Source: a virus (Duplodnaviria > Caudoviricetes). From it: a stretch of 56,224 nucleotides of DNA. A program made the position numbers and the translations under genes. The DNA is taken from positions 1-56,224 of the IMG/VR virus record IMGVR_UViG_3300025131_000046, one strand, 5' to 3'. Numbering within the stretch: position 1 is the first letter of the stretch; every line of letters begins with the position of its first letter. Of the stretch, positions 1 through 8,876 are shown in pieces. The notes beneath the pieces are model-generated. The model had not been told where the DNA came from and did not search any database. It saw nothing but the letters and a program-made list of their open reading frames with translations.

Positions 1-389
1 CCAGCACGAATTTTTCAACTGTTATCAAGGGTAACAGGTACTCTTATATAGGCATGTACAACCATTCTTACCGCGCTCTGCCATTCTCTGGGTAAAAATA
101 TACACCTCCCTACAACCATGTAGAGCAGTGTAACTGCTGCCTGCTTTGTGCCTACTTCTTTCTTTTCCCACTATAATTGTACGTGTGGCACAAATGCCGT
201 TCGACAGCCTTTAAATCCAACCCAATCTCCAAACCCAAGCTGTATCATCTGCCCCAGCATTTTTTCTGCCTCTTTTCGACTAGCAGCAAGCTTTGCATCT
301 ACAAGATCAGTAGCCGTCGATTGCTACGACAGTTCTACTTGTGTCTGGTACAGCAACATCAACATTTACCCAATGACTAGATTCAGACA

Positions 390-704
390 TTACTTTTCTC
401 CAGAAGAGGACTTGGGTAACTCAAATACACTCTTAAGATATCCACAAGCTGTTATGTAGATTTGATGTCTTGTAGACTCAGAAAGTGGCGTAGCTCCAAT
501 ATTTTCTCTGATTGTCTGTTCCATAGCCACTACAATAGCTGTTGCAGAGCGTACCTTCTCATCTTCAGATACTGTGTTTTGCGAATGTGTATTCCAGCAG
601 TATGTGGGGTACGCAGGTGGCAGCACGCTGTATGGTGTACTATACTCTGAAGGTGTTATTTCTACATTACCTTCGGAGTCATACGTTGGTTGATAATTTG
701 ACAT
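390..704 (-). CDS. hypothetical protein
   Basis: ATG-started 104-aa ORF following 723-1370 on the same strand; no recognisable motif. Confidence 0.5.
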   Translation of the reverse strand: MSNYQPTYDSEGNVEITPSEYSTPYSVLPPAYPTYCWNTHSQNTVSEDEKVRSATAIVVAMEQTIRENIGATPLSESTRHQIYITACGYLKSVFELPKSSSGEK

Positions 705-722
705 TACTTTTTTCCTATTTTA

Positions 723-1370
723 TTAGCAACTACATGTGAAGTACTTAGGCTTCACAGCACATGGTTTACCCATGACATTCTCAACATGCTTCCAGAATAT
801 ATCTGGTATATCTCCATGTGCGTCTCTTCCTACAAAGAACAAATTCTCGTTATCCATCCGGTATGCACCTATTCCATAATCAGGGTGATTTTTAACATCC
901 TCTTCTGCTATATAACCAAGGAGATTTTCAACATACTCTCCTGCTATAGCAGCCATCACAATGTCATAACCAGGACAGTCGGCAATACGCAGGAAGGTTC
1001 TCAACCATACTTCTGAGTCTTCTTTTGTACAAACAATACCATCTACTACAAGTGGCGGTTCCTGATCAAACGCTGGATGTGTCCAATGATGCTTCATATC
1101 CGTAATTGTACGTGGGTACAAAAGTAGCCAAAACCTTTCTCCCTTTTCTACTGCTCGTTTAAGAAAGGGATCAACAACTCCTACAGCATGTTTAACCTCA
1201 GCTTCGCTATCTATCCCTCGTCCTTGTCCATCTGAAGTTAAGACAACATCTTCTCCGACAGCCATCGTCTCAGCAGCAACCAAAGGATAGCAAGCTACAT
1301 GTACCGCATCCCTCTTCTGATCTACAGTTGGTGCTACACCAAGTACAACTTCATCTTTTGTCATTGTCAT
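723..1370 (-). CDS. hypothetical phage protein
   Basis: 215-aa ORF with a GGAG-type RBS upstream; motifs RDAVHVA, VGVVDPFL, HHWTHPAF and C-terminal FTCSC look like a conserved phage family. Confidence 0.75.
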   Translation of the reverse strand: MTMTKDEVVLGVAPTVDQKRDAVHVACYPLVAAETMAVGEDVVLTSDGQGRGIDSEAEVKHAVGVVDPFLKRAVEKGERFWLLLYPRTITDMKHHWTHPAFDQEPPLVVDGIVCTKEDSEVWLRTFLRIADCPGYDIVMAAIAGEYVENLLGYIAEEDVKNHPDYGIGAYRMDNENLFFVGRDAHGDIPDIFWKHVENVMGKPCAVKPKYFTCSC

Positions 1371-1601
1371 TTACTCTACTCCATCTATTTCAACTTCGGA
1401 GATATCAATCCATCTTCAGATTTATACTTCTCTAGCACTGACCCACAAGATGGTTCAACAGTTTTAAGTTAAGATGACAGGCACTGCTGCTATCATCAGC
1501 ATATAATATAATGTTGTTTGTTGTCCGGTTTTGGTTCATTCATTATCATTCTCCGTGTTCTTCTCTGGAGAAAATAGTTAACTTACTTCTTTTACACTGA
1601 A

Positions 1602-1991
1602 TCATAGATGATCTCCCCAGCCGATGTCGTTTAGCTGGTCTGGGAAGTATTCGTTGATAATTTCCAACGGCAGATCACTTTCGACCATGCCCTCTTCGGG
1701 ATCGTCGCTCTCGCTTTGCCCGATGAAAATAGCTGGACCTTTGATGTAATCGTTGGGAAGCAACGAGCGGTCCAACTTGGCAAGCATACTGACAACAACG
1801 TCAGTGGCTCGCTGATTGCGATGTAAGTTCTTGGAGATACCATCCTCGTCAACATACAGGACGAATTGCTCGCCCACCCGGACGAGTTCAAGCCATCCAT
1901 CATTCAGTTCGGCCTTGATGTCGTTATAACCAGCAAGACTCTTGATTTCGACAGACCCATTGGGCTGCACAACAATTGCTCGGTTATTCAT
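1602..1991 (-). CDS. DUF3846-like phage protein
   Basis: GWLE...LYVDEDG...N.RAT...D.I.GPAIFIG pattern typical of DUF3846; AGGA RBS. Confidence 0.7.
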   Translation of the reverse strand: MNNRAIVVQPNGSVEIKSLAGYNDIKAELNDGWLELVRVGEQFVLYVDEDGISKNLHRNQRATDVVVSMLAKLDRSLLPNDYIKGPAIFIGQSESDDPEEGMVESDLPLEIINEYFPDQLNDIGWGDHL

Positions 1992-2479
1992 GGTTTTCCT
2001 TTCGATTTAGTGTTCGGGCTACGGGTCGTAATCCCGATGTAATATAATCTACTTTGTATTTAGCATGATGTTAGGAAAAAGATTCACCGCCCGTATGATC
2101 CGGGGCAACTTCTTTTGCTTCTTCCTCGTTAGCTGCCTCTACTTCCATGTCTTGACAGGCGTATCCAATTCTTCATTGAACTTTTGTTAATCGACCTTCA
2201 AACTTACAACTGTTCCGATGACATCCCTTTGATGAATCAAAATGGTGGATAGCCCCACATTGTGGGCATTTCCAACGTCCATATTCATCATATATTTTCT
2301 GTCGTGTTGTCTTTGTCTTCTTTAATTCCATCTCAAAACCCTGCTATCAAAAGATCATAGACAGTCTTCTCATACTCTGAAGCAGCTTCATAAGGGGTCA
2401 TCCCCCAAATCCTTTTCATCCCCGCATAATAAAAAGAGTAAAATCAACATCATCTCTTTTTACAGGTTGGCCTAACACT

Positions 2480-2668
2480 TCAATGTCCTGCATCGCTAAA
2501 TTCTTTCTTTGTTAATTCAATTAACAGGTGGTCATGCTTGTGCGTAAGAAATAATCTATACTCCGTCTTGCTACGCAATATTCTAGCAACTTCTTTCACT
2601 GTGCTTGCTACAGAATCAGATGGGTAAGACTGTGTTGACCCCAGAACAAAATCAGCATGCTCGCTCAT
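2480..2668 (-). CDS. small hypothetical protein
   Basis: 62-aa ORF preceded by GGGAG on the minus strand. Confidence 0.5.
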   Translation of the reverse strand: MSEHADFVLGSTQSYPSDSVASTVKEVARILRSKTEYRLFLTHKHDHLLIELTKKEFSDAGH

Positions 2669-2738
2669 TGTTTTCTATTTCTCCCTTCTAAGTAAAAACA
2701 CCCGCTCCTATTTCATACTTCAAACGGGATACTAAAAT

Positions 2739-2946
2739 GCCGGTCTCTCCCGGCTGTCACCTCGTAACGCACAACCAAGCCATCGTTAAGCTCTTGCCGA
2801 GTTGCCGTCTCGTTGCGTAATTGGATTTGCATCCGAGGTTGAGAGTTCCCAAGTCCACCGCAACTGCGGTCCCGTACATGTCCGACATCGGCACGGGCGA
2901 GATTGCTTTGCCCTTTCGGGTAAGGAGGTCGGAAACCTTGCTCGCC
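2739..2946 (-). ncRNA. candidate structured RNA downstream of the tRNA-like gene
   Basis: GC-rich, with stems GGCGAG/CTCGCC, TCCGAC/GTCGGA (crossing, pseudoknot), CCC-GAAA-GGG, ACCGCA/TGCGGT, GGAT-GCAA-ATCC, CCTCG/CGAGG and GCCGG-GAGAGA-CCGGC. Confidence 0.5.
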
Positions 2947-2953
2947 TGAAAAG

Positions 2954-3074
2954 TGGGAGAGGCAGGAATAGAACCTGCAAATAATCAAGCGTGTTGCAAA
3001 CTTGATTGAACTAGCACATGCGGGTTTCAACGTATGTTGTCTTGCTAGCGTGTCTACCATTCCACCACTCTCCC
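2954..3074 (-). tRNA. non-canonical tRNA-like RNA (Leu-type D arm, long variable arm, expanded anticodon arm)
   Basis: Acceptor GGGAGAG/CTCTCCC+A; D region TGGTGGAATGGTAGACAC; CTAGC/GCTAG stem enclosing 28 nt; variable stem AATCAAG/CTTGATT; T arm GCAGG-TTCTATT-CCTGC; no encoded CCA. Confidence 0.7.
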
Positions 3075-3087
3075 AATCTTCTCGCAC

Positions 3088-3116
3088 ACTATAGCAGCAT
3101 ACATAACATGGGGCAA
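3088..3116 (-). promoter_or_regulatory. sigma70-type promoter for the tRNA-like RNA
   Basis: TTGCCC-17 nt-TATAGT with TGn extended -10, ending 13 nt upstream of the RNA 5' end. Confidence 0.65.
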
Positions 3117-3450
3117 CCCCCAGATGGCTCAAATTCCTTGTACACCCCGTGTACACTGTACAAAATATATTCCAGAATAGACCTTGCGTAAGCAATACTT
3201 TTCAATTATACTGGCGTGTACGGATGAGTGTTATTTCTTATATATTTATATATAAGGGATAACAGCAATCTTGTATAACGTTATGAATCACGTTTCTAAA
3301 CGATCAAGATCGTACGCAGCATTCCTCAAACGCTCCAGTTCGTCTGTAGAGCGTCTTTCTCCCCCGGACGATGAAAATACCGTCTGGCCTGCTTTAAGCT
3401 TCATCTGGGCTATCCTGGAACGCGGAACAGCACCTAAAGAGGACTGCTCT

Positions 3451-3529
3451 GAGTAAAAACACTCGAAATGCTGTATTTTAGGTCACTTTTTGCTGAATAT
3501 GGCACTATCGGTTCTGAGTGTTTTTACTC
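3451..3529. repeat. perfect 14-bp inverted repeat in the divergent intergenic region
   Basis: GAGTAAAAACACTC (3451-3464) and GAGTGTTTTTACTC (3516-3529). Confidence 0.8.
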
Positions 3530-3671
3530 CCAGAGGCACTTTTGAAGCTCGGATTGTCCCAAACCCTAGTATTCCACCCTACCCCCACCATATCTGAAGG
3601 CAATTCTGGCTCATTTTTAGCTCAACTCAGAAACCATTTACATCTGTTCAGGAGATTTCTCCTAATTTGGC

Positions 3672-3700
3672 TTGACCAGCACTAGAAGCACATGTATGCT
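3672..3700 (+). promoter_or_regulatory. sigma70-type promoter
   Basis: TTGACC-17 nt-TATGCT upstream of the GNAT gene. Confidence 0.6.
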
Positions 3701-3733
3701 GATCAGCACCAGTATAACAATTCTGGCGTAATC

Positions 3734-4204
3734 ATGAATTTTGACATTGAGCCATACTGCCCGACATCTCATCGAGATGGTGTGCGACTTGTTGAGCGTC
3801 AAGCTCGGGAACATCCCTGGTCGAACGCTCGTTTAATCATGCTGCTGAACCTAAGAGCCACACGCACATTTGTAGCTTGTGACCAAGGCTTTGTTGCTGG
3901 GTTCGCCATCTCACATATTCACACACGCTCAAATACACTTGAACTAATTACAGTCTGCGTATTATCTGAATTCCGTAGACGAGGAATTGGGACACGCTTA
4001 ATCAATGCCGTGCTTGATTGTGCGGGCGACAATGAATTGGATGTGATCTGTGAGATTAAGGAAAGAAACCTTGATGTGCAGATGACGATGAAAGCTGTTG
4101 GGTTGTTATGTACCAAGATCGTTAGCTTTTCCCCAGAAGAAGACTCGCTGTATGTATTTCAGTTGGAACCTAACGCCAGCGTATTTACGCCATATGATTA
4201 TTGA
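3734..4204 (+). CDS. GNAT family N-acetyltransferase (RimI-like)
   Basis: Acetyl-CoA-binding motif VLSEFRRRGIGTRL and E.KERN motif; start placed at the ATG downstream of the promoter. Confidence 0.85.
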   Translation: MNFDIEPYCPTSHRDGVRLVERQAREHPWSNARLIMLLNLRATRTFVACDQGFVAGFAISHIHTRSNTLELITVCVLSEFRRRGIGTRLINAVLDCAGDNELDVICEIKERNLDVQMTMKAVGLLCTKIVSFSPEEDSLYVFQLEPNASVFTPYDY

Positions 4205-4235
4205 TTTTATGGTCAATGAATGAGGCAGTAAAGTA

Positions 4236-5150
4236 ATGGATTTTCCATGTGCGATTGTTGATTGTTTTGCTCAACATCCTAACTTGTGTCGATTGTCGAT
4301 TGCAAAAAAGACTGTGAAAGGAAAGCCAATTGATCAGGTAGCGGTTAAGTTTGTGATGGCAGAGAAAAAACTTCTTGAGTTTGTACCAGTAGATGAACTT
4401 GTGCCTGACATCTTTCTTGAGGCACCGACTGATGTTGTTCAGGGAAAGCCAGCATACACATTTGAGATTAAAGCTAATCAGGCTGTTGCTTTTCGACCAC
4501 AAGGTAAGGGAATCAATTTACCTCTTGGTCATAGACAAGATACTGATCCTCTTATTGGCGGCATTCAAATTACTGCTGACATGGGACAGAAGGCCGGTAC
4601 ACTCGGAGGTTTTATTCAAGACTCTCATGGTCAGTGGGTAATGCTGACATCTCATGCTGTTGTTCAGTCAACAGTTGAGGGAGTGTATCAAGCCGGGCCA
4701 AAAGGAAGAAAGATTGGAGCATATCGTAATTATCCTGCCGAACTTGGTTTTCCAGTTGCGGTACATATGGAGCCAGATTTAAGGTTTCAGCCACGAGCAA
4801 TTATGGGTATTGATGTACCTGTTTTGCTGGATGAATACACTGTGCCAACATTAGGTATGAAAGTAGTAAAATCTGGCAGAACAACAGGTGTTACAACAGG
4901 TGTTGTATCAGAAGTTAATACTTTTGCTTTCTTGTCTCAGGTAAATGGTGATGAGCACTACTCAGAATTTATGGCTGAGTTGTTTGTTGTTGAGTCTGAC
5001 ACCAAGGCTACATTTGCAACTAATGGTGATGCTGGAGCGTTAATCATTCATGATGGCGGGATTATTGGTATGGTTATTGGGGGTACAGAAAAGGAAACAC
5101 TTTGCTGTACATCAGAAGCAATCTCCGATTGCATTGACCAAACTGATTGA
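4236..5150 (+). CDS. trypsin-like (S1-fold) protease homologue, probably inactive
   Basis: GTLGG, LTSHAV, V.KSGRTTG.TTG motifs; GDAGA where GDSGS is expected. Confidence 0.75.
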   Translation: MDFPCAIVDCFAQHPNLCRLSIAKKTVKGKPIDQVAVKFVMAEKKLLEFVPVDELVPDIFLEAPTDVVQGKPAYTFEIKANQAVAFRPQGKGINLPLGHRQDTDPLIGGIQITADMGQKAGTLGGFIQDSHGQWVMLTSHAVVQSTVEGVYQAGPKGRKIGAYRNYPAELGFPVAVHMEPDLRFQPRAIMGIDVPVLLDEYTVPTLGMKVVKSGRTTGVTTGVVSEVNTFAFLSQVNGDEHYSEFMAELFVVESDTKATFATNGDAGALIIHDGGIIGMVIGGTEKETLCCTSEAISDCIDQTD

Positions 5151-5175
5151 CAGACGACAATAATTTAAGTAGTCT
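5147..5175 (+). promoter_or_regulatory. sigma70-type promoter
   Basis: TTGACA-17 nt-TAGTCT. Confidence 0.55.
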
Positions 5176-5250
5176 AATTACTGACAAATCAATTCTTTGC
5201 ATGATTACCATCTCATCTCATCATGCGTAATATTTACTTGTTGGAAAGAC

Positions 5251-5544
5251 ATGATGAGTACAAAACAAAAAGAGAATCTGTGGGAGATGTTTAACACAGT
5301 TATTAAGTGGAGCTATCCTCCTATAAGTGGATTAGTTGTATTTCTAGTTGCGGGACACATTAGCCAAGAAATTCGTTTGTCTGAGCTTGAATCGAACCGC
5401 TGGACCGAACGCGAGCAGGCACAGTTTGAAAAAGAACATACACGGGAATTCAATACGCAGATACGGAAAGTCAGAGACGACTTGCATTTGATTCGTGAAT
5501 CGCAAGCTCGGTTGGAAACCAAACTCGAAAATGTAAACAAGTAG
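5251..5544 (+). CDS. small membrane protein with coiled coil (holin-like candidate)
   Basis: One hydrophobic segment (PPISGLVVFLVAG) followed by a heptad-rich C-terminus. Confidence 0.55.
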   Translation: MMSTKQKENLWEMFNTVIKWSYPPISGLVVFLVAGHISQEIRLSELESNRWTEREQAQFEKEHTREFNTQIRKVRDDLHLIRESQARLETKLENVNK

Positions 5545-5553
5545 GGGTAAGCC

Positions 5554-6180
5554 ATGAAGAAGGATGTGGCAGTGTGGTTATTGGTGTGGCTAGTAGCAAT
5601 GGTTGCTTGCTCAGCAGTAGGCTACGCATACACAACGTACGTAGTGCTGAAAACATCCAAGGGGTACTTTGTTGTGGCAGAAGGACCGGATGGTATGCCT
5701 GTTACTACTGAGGCAGCGTTGCAAGACCTCACTGGAAGAGTTCCGCCTGTTGATCCAGACGATGATAATGATGATGGTGATAATGATGATAATGATGATA
5801 ATGATGATGGTGAGGATGGTGAGGACTTGCCAGATGGACGGTTTGGGCTAGCACCACTTACGAGGCAATTGGCAACAACCCTTGTAGAAGACAAGCACCG
5901 TTCAGCGGCTGCAAAACTTACCGACGCTTACGCCATTGTGGTTGAACAAGCATCCGACGACAGCTTCGAGAACGTTCAGCAGATGGTTACCGTCCAAAAG
6001 GGTGTCAACGCGAATGTGCTAAAAATGGAGAATATACCTACCAAATCATGGAAGCCATTTTTCACAGCACTAGGTAAAGCCTTAAGTGATTTGCAACGCA
6101 GCGGGAAGCTGAAAACAACAATCAAGGATCACATCATCGCATGGGAAGAGATAGCGATGGGATTGGATGCGGTCAAATGA
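5554..6180 (+). CDS. exported/membrane protein with Asp-rich linker
   Basis: N-terminal hydrophobic signal; GAT/AAT-rich acidic tract around 5758-5826. Confidence 0.75.
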   Translation: MKKDVAVWLLVWLVAMVACSAVGYAYTTYVVLKTSKGYFVVAEGPDGMPVTTEAALQDLTGRVPPVDPDDDNDDGDNDDNDDNDDGEDGEDLPDGRFGLAPLTRQLATTLVEDKHRSAAAKLTDAYAIVVEQASDDSFENVQQMVTVQKGVNANVLKMENIPTKSWKPFFTALGKALSDLQRSGKLKTTIKDHIIAWEEIAMGLDAVK

Positions 6181-6956
6181 CAGATTTTCTGGAGCCCCTA
6201 CCAAAGGCTGACGACGCGATCATTCAGAATCGACTAACATCGTTAGGTTATGTTGGTAAACTCGCTGAGACAATCAAGAAGTTCCAGGCGTTCAACGGAC
6301 TCAAGGATGACGGAGACTGTGGACCTATTACCTCTCAACTCCTGTTGTATGCTCCCCGTTGTGGTTGTGATGACGTTCAACGTTCTGGGCTTTGTCGGTT
6401 TCCTCATAAGGATGTGAGGTGGTGGCATGATATGTCTTTCTCAGGACTGTCGTCTGAGGAAGTGCAACGAGCATATAAGGCAGCATGGAAAGTCTGGAAC
6501 AATGTTTGTGGGCTAGCAGCAATTGAAACGGGTTCAAAATCCCTCGCAAACGTGTACGCACACGCAAGAAGAATTGATGGAGGTGGGGGAACGCTTGCTT
6601 GGTCTTACTTGAGTTGCGGTGCTGACGAAGACACACAATTGGAACAGCGGTACGACACGAGCGAGAGTTGGGGGTATCGTTCATTCCGTCGAGTGGCGAT
6701 CCACGAGATCGGTCACGCTCTCGGATTTGATCATAGTCCAAATCGTTCTTCTATCATGTATGCCTACTCCAACGCAGATGTAAATGAGTTGTCAGCGGAA
6801 GACATCCAGGGAGCAATCAAACGTTATGGAGAAAATACTAATCCAACTCCACCTATACCACCAACGCCTCCTGATAATGGGCCTGTTATCACGGGAGAAA
6901 TCGGAATTGACGGTATACCATACTGGCTTGTGAAGAAAATCGACTACAACCCATGA
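6177..6956 (+). CDS. matrixin-like (M10) zinc metalloprotease with peptidoglycan-binding-like N-terminal domain
   Basis: IKKFQAFNGLKDDG.CGP.T (PG-binding_1-like), PRCG cysteine-switch-like motif, HEIGHALGFDH zinc motif, SIMY Met-turn; ATGA overlap with the upstream gene. Confidence 0.85.
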   Translation: MTDFLEPLPKADDAIIQNRLTSLGYVGKLAETIKKFQAFNGLKDDGDCGPITSQLLLYAPRCGCDDVQRSGLCRFPHKDVRWWHDMSFSGLSSEEVQRAYKAAWKVWNNVCGLAAIETGSKSLANVYAHARRIDGGGGTLAWSYLSCGADEDTQLEQRYDTSESWGYRSFRRVAIHEIGHALGFDHSPNRSSIMYAYSNADVNELSAEDIQGAIKRYGENTNPTPPIPPTPPDNGPVITGEIGIDGIPYWLVKKIDYNP

Positions 6957-6963
6957 GGCTATT

Positions 6964-7548
6964 ATGTGGATGATTCTGGTTGCTGTTTTAGCTAATCCTA
7001 TTGACTATGACATGCTTTCTGCACCAATTGATTATGGTCAGAATGGGGATGTTACTTTTCTCCAGGAAGAGACAAAGCCGGTTGTTAGAATTTATACAGC
7101 ATCATGGCATAAACCATGCAGGGTACTGAAAAGGAATCTTACTTCTATTATTGATGTTAAGATTCAATGGATTGATGAAGTAGATACACCTACTTGGGTA
7201 AGAACACTTCCTACAATTCATTGGGAAAAGACTCCTGGTAATTGGCGTCAGTTGAGTGGGGCAGTTTCTAGGGAACAATTTGATTCTATTGTTTTGGGTA
7301 AGCAGCCTTCTTTTTCTAAATATGTAATTCAGTTCTCAGGGCGACAATGGACTTGGCCTGGAAGTATTCGTAATCATTTACTTGGTGAAATCCATCAGTT
7401 TACAGAAGAAGAATTGAAGGGTTTCAGTGATGCTGAGTTGATTCAGATTCATAACTACGAGCATGAGCATAATTTACCTCGCGCAAAATACCCATTAAAA
7501 ATTGTGCTTGACAAACGTTTTCCAATTAGACAGTATTGTCCCACCTGA
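6964..7548 (+). CDS. exported thioredoxin-fold-like protein (degenerate CxxC)
   Basis: Signal-like N-terminus; YTASWHKPC in place of WCxPC; LPTIHW; WTWPG...HL motif. Confidence 0.6.
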   Translation: MWMILVAVLANPIDYDMLSAPIDYGQNGDVTFLQEETKPVVRIYTASWHKPCRVLKRNLTSIIDVKIQWIDEVDTPTWVRTLPTIHWEKTPGNWRQLSGAVSREQFDSIVLGKQPSFSKYVIQFSGRQWTWPGSIRNHLLGEIHQFTEEELKGFSDAELIQIHNYEHEHNLPRAKYPLKIVLDKRFPIRQYCPT

Positions 7549-7585
7549 CCGGCATAATTGTCTAGCAGTTAGCTAGGAGAAACCA

Positions 7586-7972
7586 ATGACACAGTTAGTA
7601 CAGCAGCTTCAAACACAGGTTGATCAGAATCTTATAGAGCAGGACATTCCTCAAGAATTCCTAACTCCAGAACTTGGCGGAATTCTGATTGAAATTCTGA
7701 TTGAGTTTCTTACGTCTTGTATTGGTCGTCTTGGAAAACAGTCTGTTGCTGAAAGGATGCATGATCCTGGACCTTATCAGAAGATGGCACTGAAGAGAGA
7801 AATCAGACGAGCGGTCTATGATGGATCATGGAGAAAGTATCGTATTGGAGGTGGTAATAAGGTCCGAACTGCTCTTTTGCAAGTTTCTACGCAGTCTACT
7901 CCAGAACAATGTATGGCTTTAATTGAAGAGGTTGAAACTGAAGTTCCGGGTATTGACTATGACATGGGATAA
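7586..7972 (+). CDS. hypothetical protein
   Basis: 128-aa ORF with AGGAG RBS. Confidence 0.7.
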   Translation: MTQLVQQLQTQVDQNLIEQDIPQEFLTPELGGILIEILIEFLTSCIGRLGKQSVAERMHDPGPYQKMALKREIRRAVYDGSWRKYRIGGGNKVRTALLQVSTQSTPEQCMALIEEVETEVPGIDYDMG

Positions 7973-7978
7973 ATAGTT

Positions 7979-8482
7979 ATGGCTGATACAATCTCCGCTG
8001 CCTATAATTTGAGTTTGAAGGTTACTGATACTCCAGACTTTAGTCTTGATCTTGGTTCTGGCGGAACTTTAACGCATCAAATTACTGGTGGTGCTGGTAC
8101 ACTGACAGCTAGTAGTGCAGTTCCTGCTACAAAAGCATGGTCTGATCAAGTTCAATTATCTTCAGGGACTCTTACTCTTGATTTAACTGCTTTAAGCCGT
8201 GGTTCAGTATTGTCTGCTGTGGACTTTTCGGGTCTGAAGGTTCAAATTATTAAGTTGAAAGCTCCAACAACCAATACTGCTGATATTACAGTTGATGTTG
8301 GTGCTGCAAATGGTTATGAATTATTTCTTGGTGCTAGCAGTCAACTTGATCTTGGTCCTGGCGATAGTGTTTTGTTTAAACGTACTGACAACTTAGCTGA
8401 TGTTGCTGCTGGTGATAAAGACATTGATCTATCTTCAAGTGATGTAGATGCTTTGTTGGATATTATCTTGGTAGCTGGATAG
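7979..8482 (+). CDS. putative virion structural/decoration protein
   Basis: Small-residue (A/G/S/T/D)-rich beta-type composition. Confidence 0.6.
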   Translation: MADTISAAYNLSLKVTDTPDFSLDLGSGGTLTHQITGGAGTLTASSAVPATKAWSDQVQLSSGTLTLDLTALSRGSVLSAVDFSGLKVQIIKLKAPTTNTADITVDVGAANGYELFLGASSQLDLGPGDSVLFKRTDNLADVAAGDKDIDLSSSDVDALLDIILVAG

Positions 8483-8563
8483 CTGATATAATTCAATTCT
8501 TAACAGTTCGTGTTTTGTTGGAAAAGGTAAGAAAACAACACACACACAAAGTGAGGAACGCAG

Positions 8564-8875
8564 ATGGCAATCACTGATCCGAGGGCGGTGAAGTTTGCGA
8601 ACGAGAATGCCCGTGTAGCGGCGGACTTGTTCGCACAGGGATACTACAGGGCAAAAGCTGCGGTCGACCAAGTCGATGCACAAGGGCTGGAGGCGTTGTT
8701 CCCCGACGCAGAGACTGTCGAGGACAATAGCGACGTTGACGGTCGGTCTCGTATCACCGGCATGCACGTCAAAGGTGTAATCACCGCGATGAGAGCACTG
8801 GTTGCGGACATGGACGCGAACGGTAGTGCAAAATTGAACGCGATTCTTCAAGTTGCCGTGAATACGAGGGTATGA
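8564..8875 (+). CDS. hypothetical protein (start of GC-richer cassette)
   Basis: 103-aa ORF with GAGG RBS. Confidence 0.7.
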   Translation: MAITDPRAVKFANENARVAADLFAQGYYRAKAAVDQVDAQGLEALFPDAETVEDNSDVDGRSRITGMHVKGVITAMRALVADMDANGSAKLNAILQVAVNTRV

Positions 8876-8876
8876 C

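Noticed and set aside
2713-3195. 160-aa minus-strand ORF
   Set aside because: Overlaps the tRNA-like RNA, its promoter and the structured RNA; likely spurious
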